Position numbers and translations under genes: made by a program. Under the pieces are notes generated by a model that was given only the letters and a program-made list of their open reading frames with translations, did not search any database and was not told the DNA's origin. This document shows positions 1-9,457 of a stretch of 64,000 bases of DNA, piece by piece. This DNA is from Meiothermus sp. (lineage in GTDB: Bacteria > Deinococcota > Deinococci > Deinococcales > Thermaceae). The stretch's first letter is position 1; each line of letters starts with the position of its first letter. Where the stretch lies: NCBI GenBank assembly GCA_033762915.1, contig JANRLD010000042.1:128001-192000 (forward strand), given 5' to 3'.

Positions 1-1
1 G

Positions 2-295
2 GATAAGGCCTTCATAGGCTCCACGGGCGTCTCGCTGGAGCGGGGCTATACCACCCCCAATCCTTATATGTCCGAGATCGTTCGGGTCATCATCAAGGCC
101 GCAGACACCGTTTACGCCTTGGTGGATAGCAGCAAGCTGGGCCACACCACCCTGGCCAGCTTCGCTACGCTGCAAGAGGTCGATCTGTTGATCACCGACC
201 AGGCAGCCCCCCAAGAGTTTGTGCAGGCCCTCGAGCGACAAAGGCTGGCGTATCACTTGGCTCCCTTCCTGGCAAAAACGGATCAGGCGGGGTAG
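2..295 (+). CDS. DeoR/GlpR-family transcriptional regulator, C-terminal sensor domain (5' end outside window)
   Basis: Frame open from the window edge: DKAFIGSTGVSLERGYTTPNPY...VYALVDSSKLG...VDLLITD, typical of DeoR C-terminal domains. Confidence 0.85.
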   Translation, partial: DKAFIGSTGVSLERGYTTPNPYMSEIVRVIIKAADTVYALVDSSKLGHTTLASFATLQEVDLLITDQAAPQEFVQALERQRLAYHLAPFLAKTDQAG

Positions 296-315
296 GGGGA
301 CTGCGGCCGGGCCGC

Positions 316-375
316 TTGACAAAATTTTTAGGCCCCCCTAAACTCAAACAATACTGAGTTTAGGGGAGCCTAAAA
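316..375 (+). promoter_or_regulatory. Sigma70-type promoter with two DtxR/MntR-type operators
   Basis: TTGACA (316-321), 17 nt spacer, TAAACT (339-344). Palindromes TTTAGG-N4-CCTAAA at 327-342 and 359-374, directly upstream of mntR. Confidence 0.8.
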
Positions 376-377
376 TT

Positions 378-1142
378 ATGCCCGAGTCCACCGTCTCCAA
401 GACCCCCCTCTCCGAGGCCCAGGAGGATTACCTTAAGCAAATCCTGCTGCTGGGGAGCGGGGCCGAGGGCGCGGGCACGCTGGCCGACACCCTGGCGGTC
501 ACCACCCAGAACCTCGCCGACGAGATTCAGGTCAAGCCGGCCTCGGTGACGGGGATGCTCAAAAAGCTCTCTGAGCTGGGCCTGGTGGAGTACGAGGCGT
601 ACCGGGGGGTGCGGCTGACCGAGGCCGGCTACAAGGTGGCCCTCGAGGTGCTGCGGCACCACCGGCTGCTGGAGGCGTACTTGCACCAGGCCCTCGGCTA
701 CGGCTGGGAAGAGGTGCACGCCGAGGCCGAGCGCCTCGAGCACCACATCTCCGAGGCCTTCGAGCAGCGCATCGCCGAGTGGCTGGGCCACCCCACCCAC
801 GACCCCCACGGCGACGCCATCCCCAGCGCGGCCCTCGAGCTTCCCCAGAGCGCCCCGCAGCGGCGGCTGGTGGCCCTCGAGGCGGGTGAGTACGGCCTGG
901 TGGCGCGGGTCGCGACGCAGGATCAGGACTCGCTCAACTTGTTTGCCCACCTGGGCTTAAAGCCGGGGGCCAGGGTTGAGGTGCTCGAGCATGCCCCGGA
1001 CGGCACTCGAGTCCGCGTCGGCACCGAGCGCTACCTGCTGCCCGCCAGCCTAGCGCAGGTGCTGTGGGTGAGTCTGATGGGGGACAGCTACGTGGGCGAT
1101 TTCGGAGACGCTGAAGGCCGGAACCCGAAGGCCAAGGGCTGA
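378..1142 (+). CDS. mntR: DtxR/MntR-family metal-dependent repressor with C-terminal FeoA-like domain
   Basis: QEDYLKQI, SVTGMLKKL, RHHRLLEAYL, EAERLEHHISE, DPHGDAIP motifs; heads a metal ABC operon. Confidence 0.9.
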   Translation: MPESTVSKTPLSEAQEDYLKQILLLGSGAEGAGTLADTLAVTTQNLADEIQVKPASVTGMLKKLSELGLVEYEAYRGVRLTEAGYKVALEVLRHHRLLEAYLHQALGYGWEEVHAEAERLEHHISEAFEQRIAEWLGHPTHDPHGDAIPSAALELPQSAPQRRLVALEAGEYGLVARVATQDQDSLNLFAHLGLKPGARVEVLEHAPDGTRVRVGTERYLLPASLAQVLWVSLMGDSYVGDFGDAEGRNPKAKG

Positions 1143-1173
1143 AGGCAAGACATCAAGTACCAGGGAGGAAACC

Positions 1174-2115
1174 ATGCACAAACTATTCATACTCGCCGCC
1201 GCCGCCCTTATGGGCGCGGCCTGGGCGACCGAGGAGAAGATCAGCGGCCTGAAGCCCCGCGGCGCCAGCGGGCCGGTGCAGGTGGTCACCACCACCAACT
1301 TCATCACCGACCTGGTGCAGCAGGTGGGGGGGGATAAGGTGAGGGTGGAGGGCTTGATGGGGCCAGGCGTAGACCCCCACCTGTACAAGGCCTCGGCGGG
1401 GGACGTGCGGAAGCTCTCGAGGGCCGAGTTGGTCTTCTACGGCGGGCTCGACCTCGAGGGCAAGATGGTAGAGATCCTGGGCCGAAATCCCAGGGCCGTC
1501 GCGGTGACCTTCCGCATCCCGCGGGAGCGGCTGCTCCAGCCCTCGGCCTCGATGCCCGGCACCATGCAGGTAGACCCCCACGTGTGGTTCGACGTGCAGC
1601 TGTGGCGCCTGACCGTGCCGGTAGTGCGCGACGCCCTGAGCGGGGTCGACCCCGCCAACGCCAGCTTCTACGCCGGCCGCGCCCAGGCGTACAGCCGCCG
1701 CCTCGAGCAACTCGACGCCTTCGTGAGGCAGCAGGCTGCTCGAGTCCCCCAGGCCCAGCGGGTACTCATCACCGCGCACGACGCCTTCAACTACTTCGGG
1801 CGGGCCTACGGCTTCGAGGTGCGCGGGGTGCAGGGTATCTCCACCGTGGCCGAGGCGGGCGCGAAGGATATCAGCGACCTGGCGGCCTTCATCGCTGGGC
1901 GCCGCATCCGCGCCGTCTTCATCGAGACTTCTGTCCCCCAGCGCACCATAGACGCGGTGGTGCAGGCGGTGCGCTCGAGGGGCTTCCAGACCAGGGTCGG
2001 TGGCTCCCTCTTCTCCGACGCGGCTGGCACCCCTGGCACCCCCGAGGGGACGTATGTGGGCATGGTGGAGAGCAACATTCGGGTGATCGTGGGCGGGCTG
2101 TTGGGGGGCGGGTAA
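1174..2115 (+). CDS. troA: Mn/Zn/Fe ABC transporter substrate-binding protein (TroA-like)
   Basis: Signal peptide; DPHLY, DPHVW, TAHDAFNYF, LFSD metal-ligand motifs; RBS GGAGG. Confidence 0.9.
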   Translation: MHKLFILAAAALMGAAWATEEKISGLKPRGASGPVQVVTTTNFITDLVQQVGGDKVRVEGLMGPGVDPHLYKASAGDVRKLSRAELVFYGGLDLEGKMVEILGRNPRAVAVTFRIPRERLLQPSASMPGTMQVDPHVWFDVQLWRLTVPVVRDALSGVDPANASFYAGRAQAYSRRLEQLDAFVRQQAARVPQAQRVLITAHDAFNYFGRAYGFEVRGVQGISTVAEAGAKDISDLAAFIAGRRIRAVFIETSVPQRTIDAVVQAVRSRGFQTRVGGSLFSDAAGTPGTPEGTYVGMVESNIRVIVGGLLGGG

Positions 2116-2319
2116 GGGCGTGTCGGGAGATGTCCCTTGAAGACTGAAGTGAGGGCGGGCAGAGTGCAAAGACCGAAGCGTACCTCACCAAAACACCCTC
2201 ATTCCGCAGTCGCCGGGCTGTGCCTCGAGGCCCGCCAAATCACCCAACCCGAGCAATCCCGCGCGCCCAGCCGCCCATTCGCCGCAAACAACTGACCCCT
2301 TATCCAACCGGGAAACCTT

Positions 2320-3087
2320 ATGATTAAGACCACCACCCTACCCCACCGGCCACCGGCCACCGGCCCCACGCCGCTCGAGGTGCGCGACCTCACCGTGGCC
2401 TACCGCGAGAAGCCCGTTCTCTGGGACGTGGACGTGGAGATGCCCGCCGGGCAGCTCTGCGCCGTCGTGGGGCCGAACGGGGCGGGGAAGAGCACCCTGA
2501 TCAAGGCGGTGCTGGGGCTGGTGCCCAAGGCCTCGGGGCGGGTCAGGTTTTTCGGGGAAGACTTGGCCAAGGCTCGAAGTCGCATCGGCTACGTGCCGCA
2601 GCGCGGCACGGTAGACTGGGACTTTCCCACTAGCGCCCTCGATGTGGTGATGATGGGGCTGTACGGTCGCCTGGGCTGGTTCAACCGGCCCGGCAAGGCC
2701 GAGCGGGAAATCGCGCTGAGGTGCCTCGAGCAGGTCGCCATGAGCGATTTCGCCGGGCGGCAGATTTCCCAGCTTTCGGGCGGGCAGCAGCAGCGGGTCT
2801 TCCTGGCCCGTGCGCTGGCCCAGAGCTCCGATCTCTACTTCATGGACGAGCCCTTCGCGGGCGTGGACGCCGTGACCGAGGAGGCCATTCTGCGGGTGCT
2901 GCACGAACTGAAGAGCGGCGGCAAGACGGTAGTGGTGGTGCACCACGACCTCGAGACAGTGCGCGACTACTTCGACCACTTAACTTTGCTCAACGTGCAG
3001 GTCATCGCCAGTGGCCCGATGGGCGAGGTTTTTACCCCGGAGAACCTGAAACTGGCCTACGGGGATCGCATGATACTCAGGCAGTAA
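2320..3087 (+). CDS. troB: Metal ABC transporter ATP-binding protein
   Basis: Walker [27 protein letters not shown]. Confidence 0.92.
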   Translation: MIKTTTLPHRPPATGPTPLEVRDLTVAYREKPVLWDVDVEMPAGQLCAVVGPNGAGKSTLIKAVLGLVPKASGRVRFFGEDLAKARSRIGYVPQRGTVDWDFPTSALDVVMMGLYGRLGWFNRPGKAEREIALRCLEQVAMSDFAGRQISQLSGGQQQRVFLARALAQSSDLYFMDEPFAGVDAVTEEAILRVLHELKSGGKTVVVVHHDLETVRDYFDHLTLLNVQVIASGPMGEVFTPENLKLAYGDRMILRQ

Positions 3088-3099
3088 GGGAGGTCACCT

Positions 3100-3399
3100 A
3101 TGTGGATGGATATCGCCGTTTTTGCCAGCATCTTTGCGGTGGGGGGTGTCGTGTTCTCGCAATTTGAGGAGGGCACACCCAAGTGGCGTAGGCTCGCCAA
3201 GTTTGCCCTGACGATGTCCCTGGTGGCGTTGGTCGGCCAGACCCTCGGCAGGGTATGGGTCTACGCCGGGCTGGGCCTACTGGCGCTGGCGGTCTTGTAC
3301 ATCCACGCTGTCTGGCTCCCCGGCAAGGGCATCAACGGCTGGACGGCGGAGCCGAGGGAACGTTACTACGCCCTGCGCGGCTGGGATTGGAAAAAGTGA
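3100..3399 (+). CDS. Small membrane protein of unknown function
   Basis: RBS GGAGG; about three hydrophobic segments; C-terminal GINGWTAEPRERYYALRGW; lies inside the operon. Confidence 0.75.
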   Translation: MWMDIAVFASIFAVGGVVFSQFEEGTPKWRRLAKFALTMSLVALVGQTLGRVWVYAGLGLLALAVLYIHAVWLPGKGINGWTAEPRERYYALRGWDWKK

Positions 3400-3405
3400 T
3401 CTGAG

Positions 3406-3885
3406 ATGAAGCTGCGCCTTTCGACGGTACTGCTCTGCCCGGTGGACGAAGCCTTCGGGTGGGTCAAGTCTCCCGCGCTGCTCCGCCACATCGCCCGTCC
3501 GCTGGTGGTCTTTACGCCCCTCGAGCCGGCCCAATTCCCCGAGGTCTGGGAGCCGGGCGACTACCGCGTGGGGATGAAGCTTCTGAACCTGATCCCCTTG
3601 GGCGAGCAGACCATCGGGCTGCGCCTCGAGCCCGAGTGGCAGGCCCCCGGCCAGCGCTACGAGGTCCTCGACGACGGCCACAGCCGCCTGATCCCCCGCT
3701 GGCGCCACCGGATTCGCCTCGAGGCCCTCCCCGACGGCTCCACCCGCTACACCGATGAACTCGAGCTGGAGGCGGGACTTCTTACCAAACTGGTTTGGCT
3801 CTTCGCCTATGCCTTCTACGCCTACCGCCAATACCGCTGGAGGCAGCTCGTTCACGAGCGCTTCAGACCCCTGCAGACCGCATAG
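3406..3885 (+). CDS. Hypothetical protein, possible SRPBCC/START-like fold
   Basis: Host-like codon use; W-x-H-x-I...TRYTDELEL pattern and C-terminal helix typical of SRPBCC-like proteins. Confidence 0.6.
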   Translation: MKLRLSTVLLCPVDEAFGWVKSPALLRHIARPLVVFTPLEPAQFPEVWEPGDYRVGMKLLNLIPLGEQTIGLRLEPEWQAPGQRYEVLDDGHSRLIPRWRHRIRLEALPDGSTRYTDELELEAGLLTKLVWLFAYAFYAYRQYRWRQLVHERFRPLQTA

Positions 3886-3959
3886 ACCGTCGGCTAGATG
3901 CCCGCCGCCCGCCCTGCAGTTCCCCGGTTTCCCGCTACCGGCTACGTGCCACCCACCTT

Positions 3960-5093
3960 ATGCCCGATCTTTTATCCCAAATCTTCACCGACTACACCCT
4001 CCGCAACGTCGCCCTCGGCTCGGCCATGCTGGGCATTATTGGCGGGGTGCTGGGTGCGTTTGCCATGCTGCGACGGCAGAGCCTGCTGGGGGATGTGCTG
4101 GCGCATGCGGCGCTGCCGGGAATCTGTCTGGCCTTCTTGTTGACGGGCTCCAAGGTGCCGCTGGTTCTCCTGATCGGCGGCGGGCTGGCGGGGTGGCTGG
4201 CCTCGCTGCTGGTGCTGGCGGTGCTGCGGGTCTCGAGGCTCCCCGAGGACTCCGCGCTGGGGGTGATGCTCTCGAGTTTTTTCGGATTCGGCATCGCCCT
4301 GCTGACCTTTATCCAGGGCTCCGACAACGCCAACCAGGCGGGGCTAGACCGGTTCATTTTCGGACAGGCCGCCACTATCGTGGCTTCGGACGTGCTGACC
4401 TTCGCGGTACTGGGCGGCACGGCACTGGCGACCGTAGTGCTGTTTTATAAGGAGTTTAAGCTGCTCTCCTTCGACCCCGGCTACGCGGCCAGCCTGGGGC
4501 TGCCGGTGCCCCGGCTGGGCGTGTTGCTCACCTCGCTGACGGTGCTGGCGGTGATGGTGGGCCTGCAGACGGTGGGCGTGGTGCTGATGGCCGCGATGCT
4601 GATCGCCCCGGCGGCTGCGGCGCGGCAATGGACGGACAAGCTCGACCGCATGATCTGGCTCTCGGCGCTGTTCGGCGCGCTGGCGGGGGTGAGCGGCGCG
4701 GTGATCTCGGCGATCCGCGAGAACCTCCCCACCGGCCCCCTGGTGATCCTCTCAGTGAGCGCGATCCTGGTTTTTTCGCTGTTCTTCGCCCCGCTGCGCG
4801 GCCTGTTCTGGGACGGGCTGCGGGCGGCCCAGAACCGCCGCCGCATCCGCCTCGAGCGCCTCCTGCTGGACGCCCACGTCCTCCACACCCACAACGAGCT
4901 GACCCCCGAGAACCTGGCCGCCCGGCGCCGCGAGCCGCTGGCCCAGGCGAGGGGGCACCTCGAGCAACTCCAAGCCCAGGGTTGGGTGGAGGCGCAGCCG
5001 GGCGGCTTCGTGCTGACCAGCCTGGGGGATGCCGACGCCCACCGCCTCGAGCAGGCCATGCGCGTGCTGCCTAAGGGGCTGGTGAAAGAATGA
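3960..5093 (+). CDS. troC: Metal ABC permease with C-terminal winged-helix-like extension
   Basis: LRRQSLLGDVLAHAALPG, FYKEFKLLSFD, QTVGVVLMAAMLIAPAAAA; start moved to ATG 3960. Confidence 0.88.
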   Translation: MPDLLSQIFTDYTLRNVALGSAMLGIIGGVLGAFAMLRRQSLLGDVLAHAALPGICLAFLLTGSKVPLVLLIGGGLAGWLASLLVLAVLRVSRLPEDSALGVMLSSFFGFGIALLTFIQGSDNANQAGLDRFIFGQAATIVASDVLTFAVLGGTALATVVLFYKEFKLLSFDPGYAASLGLPVPRLGVLLTSLTVLAVMVGLQTVGVVLMAAMLIAPAAAARQWTDKLDRMIWLSALFGALAGVSGAVISAIRENLPTGPLVILSVSAILVFSLFFAPLRGLFWDGLRAAQNRRRIRLERLLLDAHVLHTHNELTPENLAARRREPLAQARGHLEQLQAQGWVEAQPGGFVLTSLGDADAHRLEQAMRVLPKGLVKE

Positions 5094-5158
5094 GCCATGA
5101 GCCATGAGCCAGGCCCGCTTGCCCGCCTACCCGCTAGTCATCCCTATCGCCACCCCCT

Positions 5159-6205
5159 ATGAACCCTGACCTCGTTATCGTCCTCACCGCCGTCTTCGTC
5201 TCCACCGCCTCGGCGCTGGTGGGCACCTTTCTGGTGCTGCGCCGCATGGCCCTGATGGCCGACGCCATCTCGCACGCGGTGCTGCCGGGCATCGTGCTGG
5301 CCTTCTGGCTGTCCGGGGGCGAGCGGGCCACCCTGCCTGCGCTGCTCGGCGCGGCAGCGGCCGGCCTGCTCACGGTGACGCTGGTGGAGTGGCTGACCCA
5401 AACCGGCAAGGTCAAGAACGACGCAGCCATCGGGATCGTTTTCCCCGCGCTGTTCAGCCTCGGGGTGCTGGCGGTCTCGCTCTACTTTCGCAATGTCCAC
5501 CTCGACCTCGATGCGGTGCTCTACGGCGAGATCGCCTACGCGCCCTTCAACACGCTCACCCTGGGCGGCCTCGAGGTGCCCGAATCCCTGCTCATCATGG
5601 GCGGGCTGACCGTCATAAACCTGCTGTTCATCCTGCTGTTTTACAAAGAGCTCAAGCTATCCACCTTCGACGCCGGGCTGGCCGCCGCCCTCGGCTTCGC
5701 GCCGGGCCTGCTGCACTACGGCCTGATGACCCTGGTCTCCTTCACCTCGGTGGGGGCGTTTCAGTCGGTGGGCGCGATTCTAATCGTGGCCTTTCTGGTG
5801 ATTCCCGCCGCCACCGCATACCTCCTGACCCAGCGCCTGCCGGTGATGCTGCTGCTGGCGGTGGGGGTGGGGGTGGCCTCGAGCATCGGGGGCTATGTGC
5901 TGGCGATCTGGCTGGACGCCTCTATCGCGGGCATGATGGCCACTGTCGCGGGCCTCCTCTTCGCGCTGGCCTTCCTCTTCTCGCCGGTGGATGGCTTCGT
6001 GACCCGGCAGACCCGCCAAAGGCGACAGCGCCTCGAGTTCGCTGCCCGCCTGCTGGCCGCCCACCTCTCCCACCACGACCGCCCGGTACCCGAGGCCGAA
6101 ATCCTGACCGAGTTCGGCTGGAGCGCGGGGTTTCTGGCTCGAGTCCGCCGCCTTGCGCTGGCCCAGGGGATCGTACGCGAGGAGGGGCAGGGGCTCAGGG
6201 TGTGA
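5159..6205 (+). CDS. troD: Metal ABC permease (second subunit)
   Basis: LRRMALMADAISHAVLPG, HLDLDAVLYGEI, FYKELKLSTFD. Confidence 0.88.
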   Translation: MNPDLVIVLTAVFVSTASALVGTFLVLRRMALMADAISHAVLPGIVLAFWLSGGERATLPALLGAAAAGLLTVTLVEWLTQTGKVKNDAAIGIVFPALFSLGVLAVSLYFRNVHLDLDAVLYGEIAYAPFNTLTLGGLEVPESLLIMGGLTVINLLFILLFYKELKLSTFDAGLAAALGFAPGLLHYGLMTLVSFTSVGAFQSVGAILIVAFLVIPAATAYLLTQRLPVMLLLAVGVGVASSIGGYVLAIWLDASIAGMMATVAGLLFALAFLFSPVDGFVTRQTRQRRQRLEFAARLLAAHLSHHDRPVPEAEILTEFGWSAGFLARVRRLALAQGIVREEGQGLRV

Positions 6206-6295
6206 GGAGGGGGAAGAGGGAAGCCAAAGAGCTAAGCCGGGCGCAACCCCGGCGGCCAGCGCCCTGTTCTTATCGTGGGAACCGCTCTCAAACTT

Positions 6296-7270
6296 TCAGC
6301 CTTCGACCGTTAAGGCTTCTTCTACCGCGGCCAGCACCTTGGGGTAGGCCTGCTCGAGGTTCAACCCCCGCAGGGTCGCGCCCGCCGCTGGGACGTGCCC
6401 ACCGCCGCCCAGCCTGACCGCCACCGACTGGGCCGAGACCTCACCCCGGCTGCGGATCGAGAGCTTTACATCCTCGCCGCGCTGGCGCAGAAAGATGGCC
6501 AGGTTGGTGCCCTCGGCGTAGCGGATGGTGCCCACAAAGTCGTCGGAGTCGTCCTCGAAGCTGAAGTCGGGCGGCAGATGTGCGGTGACCAGCCGTCCCC
6601 CGAAGTGGAACTGCACCGTGGTCAGCACCGCGCCCAGGGTCTTGAAGTAGGCCTGGGGCCGCCACTGGAGCCGGTCGGTGAGGTCGGCCAGCTTGACTCC
6701 GTGGCCCACCAGCTCAGCGGCGTCGTGCAGCACCTCGGGGGTGGTGTTGGAGTGGCGGAAGTTGCCAGTGTCGGTGATGATGCCGGTGAGTACGGGGGTG
6801 GCGATCTCGGGCGTCCACTCGACCTCGAGGATGTCGATTAGGTCCTTGACCATCTGCGCCGTGGCGGCCTTGGAAGGGTCGACGGCCGACATCTGCCCGA
6901 AGCGGGGGTTGGTGCCGTGGTGGTCTATGTTGACGACGTAGCCCTCGACCGGCGCGCCCGCTACCCGGGCCACCTCGGCGGAGTCCAGCACCAGCAGCAG
7001 CGCTCCGGCGGGGATGCGCTCTACAGCCGGGTGGAACTCCTCCGGCCCGCCCAGGAATTGCAAATAGGGCGGCGGCGAGGCCACCAGGGTCACGCTTTTG
7101 CCGATGGAGCGCAGCGCCCGCGCCATTCCCAGCGAAGAGCCGATGGCGTCACCGTCGGGGTCAACGTGGGTGACGATGTAGATTTCGCCGCCGAACTCGA
7201 GTAAATGGCCTGCAATTGCCTGGAGTTTCTCGTAATAAAGCGGCTCCGGAGCATTTTGAGCATAACTCAT
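6296..7270 (-). CDS. nrnA: DHH/DHHA1 phosphoesterase (bifunctional oligoribonuclease/pAp phosphatase)
   Basis: HVDPDGDAIGS, IDHH, TDTGNF, SIRS, GGGHVPAAGA. Confidence 0.9.
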   Translation of the reverse strand: MSYAQNAPEPLYYEKLQAIAGHLLEFGGEIYIVTHVDPDGDAIGSSLGMARALRSIGKSVTLVASPPPYLQFLGGPEEFHPAVERIPAGALLLVLDSAEVARVAGAPVEGYVVNIDHHGTNPRFGQMSAVDPSKAATAQMVKDLIDILEVEWTPEIATPVLTGIITDTGNFRHSNTTPEVLHDAAELVGHGVKLADLTDRLQWRPQAYFKTLGAVLTTVQFHFGGRLVTAHLPPDFSFEDDSDDFVGTIRYAEGTNLAIFLRQRGEDVKLSIRSRGEVSAQSVAVRLGGGGHVPAAGATLRGLNLEQAYPKVLAAVEEALTVEG

Positions 7271-7378
7271 CTTAATCCTCACTATATCCGAGCCTATCAG
7301 ATTTTCAATGACAAAAATGCGTTACGGATAAAGCAATGGTCCACGACGAAAGACCCGCATTGAACGTCGTGCGCAGCA

Positions 7379-7696
7379 TCAGACCTCCAGCCAAACCTGC
7401 CCCTCTTCGACCTTGGCCCGGTAGGCCTTGACGGGCCGGGGTGCGGGCAGGGTGGCCTTGCCGGTGCGCAGGGAGAACCTGGCCCCGTGGCGGGAGCACT
7501 TGATATGCTCCGCGCCCGGCGTGAGGTCCAGGGGGCCGTCGGAGAGGGGGTTCTTATCGTGGGTACAGATGTCGGAGATGGCGAAAATCTCCTCGCCGGT
7601 GTCGAGCAAGAGCACCGGGGTCTTTTCGCCCTCGACCTTGACGACCAGGCGGCCGTTGACGAACTGTTCGGGGGTGGCGACAGCAATCCAGGACAT
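7379..7696 (-). CDS. Rieske-type [2Fe-2S] ferredoxin
   Basis: CTH and CSRH ligand motifs; at the end of the suf operon. Confidence 0.88.
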   Translation of the reverse strand: MSWIAVATPEQFVNGRLVVKVEGEKTPVLLLDTGEEIFAISDICTHDKNPLSDGPLDLTPGAEHIKCSRHGARFSLRTGKATLPAPRPVKAYRAKVEEGQVWLEV

Positions 7697-7700
7697 AGGC

Positions 7701-8036
7701 TTAGGCGGGGTGGCGGTCGAGGCGGGCAGTGCCGCTCGAGACCACCAAAAACTCGAGGTCGGCTCCGGAGTCGTTTCGCATCTGGTGCGGAAAACCGGGG
7801 GGCACCTCGAGACCCTCCATCGCCCGCAAGGTGTGGTTTAGGCCATCGAGCTCGAGTACCGCCTGGCCCGACAGCACAAAGAAAAACTGCCGTACCGTCT
7901 TGTGCAGGTGGCGATCTTCGGCGGTGTGGGGCGGCATCTGCTCCTGAATCACGCTCAGGTGGTCGGCCTTGACCAGATGCCAGCCGTGGCAGACCTCTTT
8001 CCAGATGTAGTGTTCGGCGTTGAGGGTGCTGATCAT
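7701..8036 (-). CDS. Cupin domain protein
   Basis: HLH...QFFFVLSG...PPGFPHQMRN cupin motifs. Confidence 0.85.
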   Translation of the reverse strand: MISTLNAEHYIWKEVCHGWHLVKADHLSVIQEQMPPHTAEDRHLHKTVRQFFFVLSGQAVLELDGLNHTLRAMEGLEVPPGFPHQMRNDSGADLEFLVVSSGTARLDRHPA

Positions 8037-8122
8037 AAATCGTCGAACGTTAAACGACTAACCCCGAACACCAGCAGGATAACTGCTGTAAGCGGTTGAC
8101 ATCGGGCGTTCAGTGCTGGGCA

Positions 8123-9457
8123 CTAGACCCGCACCTTCTCCTCGATGATGCTCTCGATGTAGGCCCGCAGCGGCTCGATGGGGATGCGGGTCAAAACGTC
8201 GGTCATGTGGCCTTTGACCAGAATTTGCTGGGCCACGTGTTTGGAGAGGCCGCGGCTCATCAGGTAAAACAACTCGTCGGGGGCCACGGGCGCGGTGGAA
8301 GAGCCGTGGGAGCACTTCACGTCGTTGGCGCCGATCTCGAGCTGGGGCACGCTGTCGCTTCTGGCCTCGTCGGAGAGCAGCAGGTTGCGGTTGGTCTGGT
8401 AGGCGTCGGTCTTCTGCGCGCCCTCCTCGACCTTGATCATGCCCGCGTAAACGGTGCGGCTCTGGTCCTTGGCCGCCCCCTTGTAGAGCACGTCGGAGAA
8501 GGCGTGATCGGCCACATGGCGCTGGAGGGTGTAGTGGTCGACGTGTTCGGAGCCGGAGGTGAAGTACAGGCCCAGCATCTCCGAGCTGGAACCCGCTCCC
8601 AGCATCTCCGACTGCACGTCGGCCCGGCTGATGGTGGCCCCCATGTTCACCACCAGGTCGTTGAGGGCGGCGTCGCGGCTGATGTGCCCGCGCTGCCGGT
8701 GGAAGTGGTAGAAGCCCTGGCCCAGCAGCTGGATGTGGGCGTGGCGCACCTTGGCCCCGTCCTTCACGATGATCTCGGTGGAGGAGGTGTTGACCGAGTT
8801 GGCCACCTTGGCGGGGGAGATGTACTCCTCGATGTAGACCGCCCCGCTGTTCACATCGCCCACGATCAGGGTGCGCGAGCCGGAGAGTTGGCCGCCCCCC
8901 AGGTACTTGAACACCCCGATCGGCTTGCTGAACTCGACGTTTTTGGGTATGTAGAGGAAGACCCCGTGGGTGAAGAGGGCGGCGTTCAGCGCAGGAATCT
9001 TGGAGTTCTCGGGGCGGTTGACTTGCGTGCCCACCAGGTCGCTCCAGTTCACGGCCTTGAACAGGTTCTCCTCGACCAGTTTGGGATGGTTGACGATGGC
9101 CTCATGCAGGCTGCTGAAGACCACGCCCTGGGCCTTAAGGTCTGCGGGCAGCTCGAGGTGCACCAGGTCGGCCCCTACGAAGACCGCGTAGCCGGCCAGG
9201 TCAGCCTGGGCGATGCGGTCTTGCACGGCTTGGGGGACTGTGGCGGCTTTGCCATCGGGTAGCTCGAGCTTCAGCTCCTCGAAGGGCACCTCGGTGATGT
9301 CGGTGTAGCGCCACTCCTCGGTGCGGGTAGAGGGGTAGGGCAGCTTGGCGAAGGTGTCCCAAGCCTCGAGGCGCTTGGCCTGGAGCCAGGCAGGTTCGCT
9401 GAGCTTCTTGGAGACCTCGAGCACGAGGTCACGCGAAAGGGTTGAGGTTAGTTCCAT
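8123..9457 (-). CDS. sufD: Fe-S cluster assembly protein SufD
   Basis: EEWRYT, QKTDAYQTNRNLLLS, PQLEIGANDVKCSHG, LFYLMSRGL. Confidence 0.93.
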   Translation of the reverse strand: MELTSTLSRDLVLEVSKKLSEPAWLQAKRLEAWDTFAKLPYPSTRTEEWRYTDITEVPFEELKLELPDGKAATVPQAVQDRIAQADLAGYAVFVGADLVHLELPADLKAQGVVFSSLHEAIVNHPKLVEENLFKAVNWSDLVGTQVNRPENSKIPALNAALFTHGVFLYIPKNVEFSKPIGVFKYLGGGQLSGSRTLIVGDVNSGAVYIEEYISPAKVANSVNTSSTEIIVKDGAKVRHAHIQLLGQGFYHFHRQRGHISRDAALNDLVVNMGATISRADVQSEMLGAGSSSEMLGLYFTSGSEHVDHYTLQRHVADHAFSDVLYKGAAKDQSRTVYAGMIKVEEGAQKTDAYQTNRNLLLSDEARSDSVPQLEIGANDVKCSHGSSTAPVAPDELFYLMSRGLSKHVAQQILVKGHMTDVLTRIPIEPLRAYIESIIEEKVRV

